From Catajapyx aquilonaris (taxonomy: Eukaryota), in assembly GCA_000934665.2 (NCBI GenBank), contig KZ538835.1:62001-99714 (forward strand): a DNA stretch of 37,714 bases, read 5' to 3'. Below the pieces are notes generated by a model. That model was not told where the DNA came from, made no database searches, and worked only from the letters and a program-made list of their open reading frames with translations. Shown piece after piece: positions 21,295 through 32,400 of this stretch (its first letter is position 1; the number at the start of each line of letters is the position of its first letter). Made by a program: the position numbers and the translations under genes.

Positions 21295-24200
21295 ATGAAT
21301 GGGGAAGTACCAAGTGTGCCAATCACCACACTTGCTGGCATCGCAAGTCTTGTGGACTGTGAGTATAGTTGAAGTGAATAATTTTAACCTGAAAATGCAA
21401 TAAGTAGTGTGGATTACATGAATATCTTTGGTGATTACTGACCTGTGGTGTGAACCATTAAGCTACATATTTGTTTGATTTGTGCACTGCCTCTATCTAG
21501 TCTTGTGCTATCTAGTCAGACTTGGTGATGTAATATGTTACTTGCTGATGCTTGATGCCAATAGGCAGTAAAAAATTGATTGATAAATTGATGAGGAGAT
21601 TGAATGCAATGCCATATCATCTCCACAAAAGACGTGTGTTGATAAAAGTGATAATTTCCCCTTTTGTGTTTCCCTGTGCGGCAGTGCTGCCGGAGATGCC
21701 CCTGCCTTCACCGCTCCCTCAGACGTTGTGCAACAAGTCATTGCTGTTCCACCCACGTGTAGCTGAGGAAGCACAGCGATTGTTGAGCACCCGAGATGAA
21801 GCCTTGATTCCTCAGCTGATGCAGTCACTCAACCAGACTTCGTCTGAGCACATGTGAGCTATTTGGTGGTTTTGTCTTTGTGTGTAATCAATTTGTGGCT
21901 TGTGATGGATATGGTCTGACAAATCATTGTTTTTGCAGAGAATTGAAGGATTATTTGAGTGGAGAGTCTGCAGTGGAACAGCAGCAGAACATCCCTGAAT
22001 TGTTGAGTGGATTACTGCAGAAGAACCCAGAAGTCTTCAAGGGACCAAAAGGTAATATTAACACCAACTGCAACTTGCAAAAATATGTGTTCAGACTTTC
22101 CTTTGGAGAGATGTTTGTTTCATTACACTACATAATGTAATAAGGTCGAAATTCTTTGAGACACTCCATTTGAGAGTACGGGGGGCCGAAGACAACATGG
22201 TATTGTTGCCACATGGGTTTAACTTCATCCCTTGAAAATTGTGGCATATGCTGTGTCATTTTACACAATAGTTCTTGAAAATTTGAATGTAGTTGTGTAG
22301 CCTTGTTGTCCTGTGAGATTTATTTGTATGTACAATGTGCACTTTCCAATTCTCAGGCAATGCCCAGAAGGTGCTTCCATGGAGCCAGCAGCAGCAGAAC
22401 CCACAGCATCAATCCCTGGTTCCCCAGATGCAACTTGCACAGTCACAGCAACCGCAGCAGCAGATGGCATACACTGCCAACTGCACCCAGTCCCTGCCAG
22501 GGGGTTACATGCAGTTGCATCAGAGTGGAATGGGAATTGGCTTGGGAGGAGGTGGAAGCGGCCCTCCCAGCATTGGGCCAGCCCACTTTCAGTCAAGCTC
22601 ATCATCGCCCAGCAGCAGCAGCTCTCTTTCCCAGCAGCAGATTAACTCCTCACAGACGCATTGTACACCACCGCACGTTGGAAGTCCGTCTACAGTGAGT
22701 GCTTCTGTCATGCAGGGTTTTGTGCAGATGGATGCCAACCCGGAATCTGACTTCTTGCGAGGAGGGTTGGCTTCCCGGAATGCTGTTCCGCCAATGGCAA
22801 CGACAACATTTCCAATCCCGTCTGTGTCGATGCTGAGTCCAGAGCAGGCCATGGGCATGGGTGACTTTGCAAGTGATACATCATCGCTTGGGAGGGCGGC
22901 AGGGATGTCGCCATTGATTGGTAGTGGGATGGGCTCACCCCCTGGAAGTGACGGTGGGACTGGCCTGTTGGGGACCAACCTTGTGAGTGCGGGGGGATCC
23001 ATGATGGGAATAGGGCCCGCCATGATGGGAATAGGGCCAGCCATGATGGGCCTCAACAGTGCTGGGAGTGTAGGGGAAGTGAACTCAACAGTGGTGTCAT
23101 CACCTGTGACTGTCCCAAAGGTGGTTGACCGGTGCTTCATGGACTTACAAGGGGACAGTGGGGTAATGCAGAACTGTAATGCATTTGGCACTGTTAACAA
23201 CCATGGTGAGTATTGCAAAAAAAACAACCTTTTCATGCTGATGTGTGGGACTTTAGTTTATTGATTGAGAGAGAAGATGAGACGGTTAAGGTTACGCAGC
23301 ATGGGAAGAGGTGGATAGGGAATGAAATGTCTTCAGCAGACATCTGCCCCACGAAGACCTGCCCCACTTGGGAAGGCCGTACTCATAACTTAGGGATAGC
23401 TCAGGCCTCTAATGCTTGTCAGAGTATGCAAGGACCACCACCATATCACAATGGAAATGCCAACTGCAGGGGAGACGAAGTAGTAGGAGGGAGCAAGGAA
23501 CATTGCTAGAACAAAATGCTTTTGCATGAGAGGCTTTTTTTTTCCACATTGCGCTAGAAAATGAAGCACGACAGCCGAAAAAATAGTGAAAAACTGTTAG
23601 CCAGATTTACAGAGAAATGCAGGACTATCTTATGTGATTGTGATGCTTGTGAAATATTAAACCTATCCAGTGGCAGCCTTATGGTAGCATTCAGTTGATG
23701 TGCATCAGCCATCTACTCCAAAGTTGCAGTTTTGAAGGGATATTTTGTGCAACCCAATCATGTAAAGGAGTCCCAAAAGTGACTAATTGCGATTGGCTGT
23801 TGTGGAACTCCGGCCATTCTTACACCATTAATCTTGGAGTATGCAGCCTATAACATGCAGGCATTGGAATAAGTATGTACAGTCCGTTGAAGGATTACTT
23901 TCAACATGAGGCAGAGAAATTAGCCTCCAGCTGCGGTGCTACCTCCTCTTGATGCAATGACTGGCACTCCTCTAGGTAGCACCTCTGTTGGAGGCTAATT
24001 TCTCTGCCTCATGTGGCAAGGTAATCCTTTAACAACTGACAGGCAGTACTCGTTTTATGAAGGTTTATTTTAATACAGTTCGTATTAACGACCTTTTCAA
24101 AATAACCTTTAAAAAGTCGAAGAAAATTTCAAAATTGAAAGTTACAGAAGAAAATCGAATCAGTAACTCATTGCAGCAACACCAGTGAATCCAAATACTC

Positions 24201-27200
24201 CGTAGGGCTTTATTTGTTTTTCCTGGTGCATTATACTTCTGTATTGTATTTTAATTTTGTGACCCAGTGTTGCTGGAACCTAACTCCCAACGTAAGACAG
24301 GAGCTAGCTGTATTCTAACATACATTCACTCACGGTCAGTATTAGACATACTTGTTGTATAGGCTTGTTACAAAAACAATGTGAAAGATCAGTGTCAAAA
24401 TGTACTTGTAGGAAACTGTTAAATTACCAGGATGTTCATTTATGCAGTGTGGTCTTGATGAATTATTTATAGAGGACACCTGCTGTATTAATGCAGTATA
24501 ATTTACAGAATAGCTGTTTTCCTACTGACTGACGGGAACATGTTGGCACTGAGGTGCAAAAGCTGTGTATTTAAATTTCAAGAATAGTTTGAGAGAAGTG
24601 ATTTTACTCAGATGAGGGTTTTGCGAATATTGCCTCAAATATGGAATTTATTGAGACTTGGTTAAATCTATGCACTGATTAGCTTGAAATTTTCATTACA
24701 AGACGTAAGGTGGAAATAAAATGTAGATTTTGTACATGTGTGGTCACTACCACACTGATGCCCAGTTTATCCAACCTTTTGAATGGGCAGCTAAGAATTA
24801 TTTGTAGTTCTGCTCTGCTTAAACAGTGGGTTCTGTTTCATCATGCAGTGGGCTAGACCATATATTAGTGGGAAATGGAAAGTCAATCCAATCAGTCTGT
24901 ACACTGTAAACTGCATCACTACTGAGACTCTCATGGAGCATTACACATTTTAATGCTCTTGTAATGCTTTTTTGCAACAAAAGCATTACGAGAACATTAC
25001 AATATGTGATGCTCTATGAGGGACTCAGTAGTGATGCTCTTCTAATGATTTACGGTTTACAATGTAGCTGATGTAGACATGGCGTTGTGGAATCTGGCAT
25101 GTGCTTCTAACTTAAAGTTGGCACTCCTGCATCAGATTTGCAGAATGCACATGTGCAGGCAGTCATTGCATTGCCAATCAGGATGCCAATACAGTACCAT
25201 GTGTGGGATTGCCCCACTCACCCACACTGAAATGTGTCCGAGACGATGATTTAAAGTTCTATGAGAAGGGCTTTACATATCTGTGTAAGGAGGCTGATGT
25301 TGAACTCCAGTAACAGTAAACTTTGCATAACAGTATGTTGTTGACTGGGAGGTGGTTGGCCTACCAAGGGATTGTCTGGGACCAAATTTGGTGTTGTATA
25401 CATGGTTTGTACTGTACCCACTGTGCTGCATATATCATTGTTTATTTGGAATTTTAACATCAACAATTTGTCACCTAACAGCAGGAGGAGGGGGAAGGCT
25501 AGTGGTGTGGGAGTAGGGGAGGAATGGCTCTTTGATTTGAGTAGATCAGTGTGTTGCTACTGTTGCAATCATACTGATGGAGACTGACTTGGTTCGGCAT
25601 AATTCCTATGAGTTCAAGGTAACTCTGGTGATATTTCTGCCCCAACTTGAAAAATGACATGTGGTAAGAGTGCATCAAGATTGTGGCATACACTACTGTA
25701 TATTATTGTTGGAGCACAAACATCATTATTACATGGAACTTGTTGCAGTGCTTCACCAAGTCCACATCATTATCATTATGCTTTCAACTATAACAATAGA
25801 AGCAACAGAGGAGGGGACAAGGAGTGCTTATGTAGCACTTTGACCAGTAGATTGCATGTTATGGCTGACTCTTTTCACCAGCTCATAAATAATGAATGGA
25901 AAATGAGAGAACGATCTGGCGTCATTAAGGTTTCCATGGAAATACCCTCACAGAACAATATGAGTATATAGTGTCAACAAAAAGCTACTTGGAAGAAACG
26001 ATGACGTCAGATCGTTTTCTCGTTTTCCATACATTAGCAATGTATTTATGTGCCAGTGAGAAGTCTGTTCTTCGCACCTGTTCTTCATGGCACTATAGAT
26101 ATTGTTGGATGTCATTGTTGCCGTGGTATTGTGGTGACGTTACTATGGAAAAAACTAATCAGCAACAATCGATCAATGTTGATGTCGTAGTAACCCTGGA
26201 ACAGGTCTGGAATGGGTGTAGAATGAAATGGGACAAACAAACAGACATTGGCAAGGTATCCCCGTTGCCATGGTGTCCCTGTTTCAATGGTAACCCTGTG
26301 GCCATGGTAAACTGTTGTCATGGAGAGATGTTGCCATGTGTAACACTGGCCATAGTACAGTGCTGGACACATTAGCCGTCGCTGAATGTTTTTTTTTCCG
26401 TCGGCGACGGCGCTGCGTAACCTGGCAACCCCGTCCGGCGGGCCAATTCAAACATCAGCATATGGAGAGTGCTTCCATTGTTGCCACTGTTTACAAATCG
26501 AGTGAGTGACGCGGACGACCCAGCGACGGGTCTCTTCTGCCTGCTTACACAGTATCTGTAGGGGTACGCAGGAGAAAACGGGAAAATAATGATGTTAGAA
26601 GCAAACCACGTTGGGAAAATTATTCCTGGACTCAAAGGTTTTCGTCCACAGCACACGAAATATATTCCACCCCTGAGGAGGGGGTGTCAATGATTAAGAT
26701 CAGGGGTGTGCTAATTCAAAGTTCGTCAACTGACGTACGGATTATTTTGGGTTTTGTGTCTTTTCCGCGTAATTCGACACCTCTGATGAATTGAGACCAT
26801 GCCCCGTATGTCAGACACCACGTCAGTCTCGTAATTTGTCCCCAAAGACGTCATATCTCAAAATGGCTTCTGCTGTTCCGCATATATACGAGTAGGTGTC
26901 ATTAGCGTCATATTCGTGCCAGGAAGAGATACACGACTAATGCTTGTTGCAGGTGTTCATATTATTGAGTCCAACCCCTGTACGTGTCATGTTAGTCGTG
27001 TATCTCTTCCTGGCGCGAATATGACGCGAACGACACGTACTTGTATATGCGGAACAGCGGAAGCCATTTTGAGATATGACGTCTTTAGGGACAAATTACG
27101 AGACTGATGTGGTGTCTGACATATGGGGCATGGTCTCAATTCGTCTTAGAGGTGTCGAATTACGCGGAAAAGACAAAAACCAAAATAGTCCGTACGTCAG

Positions 27201-29357
27201 TTGACGAACTTTGAATTAGCACACCCCTGATCTTAATCATTGACACCCCCTCCTCAGGGTTGGAATATATTTCGTGTGCTGTGGATGAAAACCTTTCTTT
27301 GAGTCCAGGGATAATTCTCCCAACGTGGTTTGCTTCTAACATCATTATTTCCCCGTTTTCTCCTGCGTACCCCTGCAGATACTGTGTAAGCAGGCAGAAG
27401 AGACCCGTCGCTGGGTCGTCCGCGTCACTCACTCGATTTGTAAACAGTGGCAACAATGGAAGCACTCTCCATATGCTGATGTTTGAATTGGCCCGCCGGA
27501 CGGGGTTGCCAGGTTACGCAGCGACGGCTAATGTGTCAGCACTGTACATAGTACACAGAGTAGTAACCCCGTTGCCCCCAGGGAGGGGAGGAATTAGAGG
27601 GAGGGGAAAAGGAGGTAGTGGGGAGGGAAGTGGGACATACCAACTATAGCATGTGCAGCAGAGTGTGGTCCAATTGGGGCAGGGGAAAAAGGAGGTAGCG
27701 TGGAGGTCCCACCACCTGCAATCCCTGGGTCAAACAGTGGATTTTCTCATGTACGAGGGGCGTTCAGAAAGCATTTCCACAAATTTTTCCCCCACAAATA
27801 CAGGGCCCATGCAGTTGGCAGATAGGCACACGTTATCAATAGAACTCTCCTGGAGCTAAGTGCACTGGCACATGGGTGTGGCAACCTCTCCAGGCCCTCC
27901 AGGAACTACTGGTGTAGTGCACCCATTCCCGGACATCCGCTTCCTACAATGTCTTCGAAATGGCAGTGGCGAATGGGTTTTTTCATGTCTCTGAACAGGT
28001 GAAAGTCACTGGGGGCCAAGATGGGGGGTGTGGAAGCACCGAAAACCAGACCCATGGGGAAAAACCTTTGCCGTCACCATTTTCAGGACATTGTTAACAG
28101 TTGACTGTGAGCAGTTGTCTGGGAGTGGGTGCACCTCCAAAAAGTGGTTCCAGGACAGCCTGGAGAGGTTGCCACACCCACGGTGCCAGTGCATTCGGCT
28201 TCAGGAGGGTTCTATCAATAATATGGGCCCTGTATTTGTCGCCAAAACAATAAAGTGTATAGAGCATAGTGTTATTGAATAAAGTTGCGTGTTGAAAAGA
28301 TCACCTAAAAGGTCCTGTCACGGATGATGATGACGACTACAACAGCAACAGCAATAATAATAATATTAAAATAACAAGTCATACAGCACATTACATCACA
28401 GGAGCAAATTTTCATGTTCAGATCATGTGTGATGATATGTGGCATGGAATGTATGGTATTAGAACTGATTGTGGGTATTTAGAGTCCTGAAATTCATTGG
28501 CACATTGCTTACTTGTTAGGCATTTTGACATGCTACCTGAGACACGCATTTTTATATAATAATTGAGGGCCACAATGTGGCAAAACGGTTCCACACCTGG
28601 GTCTTAAATATGACCCCAAGGTCAGAAAGCAAAAGTCCTGTGTGGATAGAAGTTTTATTGATTCTGTCATATGTTTGATGGGCTTTCTCCTGTGTGTGCC
28701 TCCTTAGGTTGTAAGGGCATTTCATATATCAATGTGCAGTGTAGGTCACTGACCATTTCAGTTTTTTCGTGCGTCCTGTACCTGTTATTGAATTTGTCAG
28801 CCATGGATGTTTATTTTGTTTCATTCTCATCAGGAAAACAATGCTGTTGAATTTTACCACATTTAGAATTTCAAAGTGCAATTACTTATATTCCTTTTCA
28901 TAAAGAGCGTAGCAGAAAACTGGATTGTGCAATACTGCACGCAATTCAGAGCATATGCATGTGACATGTGGTAGGCCATGGTCAAGAGTAGGTCTTGCAA
29001 ATTATTAAGAAATCATGATGCTGAGAGCTACTTGCATGAGCAGTAGACAGTAGAGAATAATTTTCAAAGTAATATGAACATTAGTTCTTTGTAATTTTAC
29101 CACCACTTTGTTTTAATTTATGTTATTATTTTACCTCAAGGACTGCTTGACACCCTCAAAAGCATCGTTCAAACCTTATCGTTGTCATGTCTCCAAATTG
29201 GGGAGGTAGAGGAAAAAATCAGGTAGTACAACGATGAATGAGTAATCGAAAGGATTCTTCCAAGTAGGATAGGAAATAGGTAGGGTGTCTGTTTTGCTTA
29301 TGAGTAGAGAGTATACAGTAATGTTTTTCACATGTCTCATTCCTGTGTTTGCAGGGN

Positions 29358-29415
<58 letters not shown>

Positions 29416-32400
29416 ATCCAGCATGCATATACCAAAAATCTTTGATTCATAACCAGAGGAAGACTCCTGCAGATTCTGTTTTGCTTGGCAGGATCCTTAG
29501 TTAATTGCCTCAGATCGGTAGTGGTAATAGCAGCAATTATACCTTCAATCATGACAGCAATAATAAGTAAAATAACTAAATAAATAGTGACAGACCACCT
29601 CATCTGATGTAGGGGAGACCGGGGCTCAGTGGCCCATTTTTGCTAATTCGAATTTTTCAAAGAGTTCCTGTTATACCTACACACCCAATATTTTCCGGCA
29701 CGGTGGACGGATCCATTGGTAATACATGTCCCTAATATATTCACAGGCAGTGCCGCCATCCATTTGGCTTTACAATATTTTAGAAGCTGCCCTATGCAAA
29801 TGAACCACTGTACCCCAATGCCTGGGCCACAGTGGTCCGGAAGTGATCGGGATGCCTAATTCACACATAAAGTATATTGTATTTTTTATCGTACATCTAA
29901 CCCCTCTAAATAAATAGGAAATAAAAAAGGGACGTTGTCACTGCAACCTGCGGACGCAAGTGAAACAGCCTCTCTCTCTCTCCCTCCCTCTCTCTCTCCC
30001 TCTCTCTCTCCCTCTCTCTCTCTCTCTCCCTCTCTCTCTCTCTCTCCCCCCGGAAAGTAGACCTTGTCCTGCCACATCCTTTGGCTCATGAACTTTATTT
30101 CATACTAGTGTCTATCAAAACCATTAGAATATAAACCTACGATGACATTAATTGCTGTACAGAGGCAAAAGGGGGCACAGTTGTCCACAAAGAGGTGCAT
30201 ATTTGTCCATGGACCAATGTGCCCCAGAGGGCAGCAACTGACATGATATGAATCTAGCTTCCATTGCAAATGACACTTTCCAAATTTCCAGTATTTATGC
30301 ACAAAGGGTGACACTATTCAACAACATTTTTGCATCAGGGTCATGCCCAGCATCTACGCCTGACATGACATTTAAACTGGGTTAGAAGTAACTTCACTAC
30401 CCTTCAAGTAGATTTCCCTTGATACAGCAGGATCACAGGCACCTCACAGGTGGCTGTCATGGTGGCAGGATGCAAAATAGTGAATTGGTTCACGAGGTAC
30501 CAGATGAAGCTGTTATTCTGGTTTCTCATATTTTTAAAATAGAAAGGACCACTGTGCCCTGTGGACCACTCCGCCCCGCTCTTCCTTACATCTGGAACCA
30601 GAATCTTCATTTACATTAATAATGACTAAGCTAGCCCTTTCCAAGTATCTTGGATGAAAAAAGGGATATTGGAAGGTGCTAGAGAAAGTTCTCTCTGATC
30701 CCCTCTGTAGATCGCATAACAGATATTTCGTTTTCTGCAAAACTAGAAAAAGCATGGTGTAACCATTACAGGCAGTAACTGCTTTTCATTATGATCATGA
30801 ATCTTCATCACAGTCCAAGAAAAGGGGGCGAGTCTTTGTGGTACTTCATTAGAGGTCTTTATGGTGGGCACCAAGATTACTGCAGAGCCATGCTTAGAAC
30901 TGAGAATATTCAGTTTTGACTGGTTAATGGTAACCTACATTTATGATTGTTTATTTTGGGAGAACATGACTTGATTGCGCAAATATTTATGGTTGATCAG
31001 TAGTAAAGTTACCATGCCCTTTCAGGATCTTCGTCTACTCTTCCAATGGGTGTTGGCACTGTTACTGTGAAGGAGGAGAAAGTTTCTGCCCAAAGAGATG
31101 ACAAGCTGCCAGCTGACATTAAAATGAAAGAACCTATCATACGCCTTAAGAAATTGTCTGTCGAGGTGAGTTAATGTTGTAGTATAATGCTCTTTTCTTT
31201 CACTTTCGAGTTACGTGAGAAAGTGACCTTGATTATTTTTTCCCACCCTGCAGGATCAAGCCCTTATGCAAAGAAGCTTGAAGGAATTTGCAGAAAAGTC
31301 CCCTGTAATGGCAAACAAATTGGGTTTGGGATTTTCATCACCAAACAACCGCATGTCCAAGAGTAAACCGAAGTACAAGGAGTTGAGTAGCTCTGACTCG
31401 GAGGCAGAGGCAGAGCCTAAGAAACAAAACAAATACTTCAAGTCAAGGGAGAAGGAGAGGGACCTGAAGAGGAAAAGAGAGAAGGATGAGAGGAAAAGAA
31501 GGCAGTCAGCAGATGATGACTATCTTCCAGAAGCTGACTTTTCCCTAGACAACAAAAACATGTCATCCAAAAGAAGACGGACTTCTCATAAGCTGGACTT
31601 AGACAACAGTTTTTCTGCTAATGAAGGTGAAGTGATAGCATTTATTTATGGAAATGGATGCCAAACTTTGCTGCTTTCTTGCTTTGAAGACACGTGTTGT
31701 TATAATGTAACAGGCTGTACAAGTTGTAGAGTTTTAAAGTTGGACTTGTAGGCCCTGGCTGTTACAGATTGTCAAAGAGGGGTTGATAAAATTATAATCC
31801 TATTGCAGATAATTGAGATTTCAGTGTTGAAAATCATTGTAAATGTAAAGGAATTGCATCTAGCTGTGGGTTGCACTATTCACAGTAAATTTAATACAAG
31901 TTGTTGATTCTTATTATTCATTGTTTGAAATAATAATATTTAATTAGCCAAGTGTCCACTTTCAGTTACCTTTAATTTCCAGAAGACCCTCTAAGTTTTG
32001 AATTAACATGCATGTGCACACCTATAAATACATGTCAGGTTAATAAATTGGTAATAGGTTATGTAAATCCTGCATTATGGAAATTCTAATTTACCTTTAG
32101 ATGCAGCTGCAGCAGTGCCAAAGAAAAAGATGAGGAAGATAGAGCGTAAGTTGGTTCCAGTTATAGAAAAATTGAGTGCGGAAGAGTTGATGGAGACCAA
32201 CACCTACCAGAGGTTCAACAGGGGGATTGAGAAGATATTTGACAACACAGAAGACCTGGATCTTAATGCTGAAATAGGCAAGTTATTCAGTTCATTATGT
32301 TTGGAGGTATACTTTGCAATTATCACACCTGTAAACAAGAAAATGCCAGAAATTGTGTGTTGTTGCTTGGTTGTGCAAACATGTCTTGTTTTATAATGGC

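Noticed and set aside
22261..23236. Alternative-frame and antisense ORFs (up to 215 aa)
   Set aside because: Shadows of the low-complexity NIPBL exon.
26372..27649. Mirror-image ORFs encoding the same peptide on both strands
   Set aside because: Artefact of the inverted repeat; I saw no transposase motifs.
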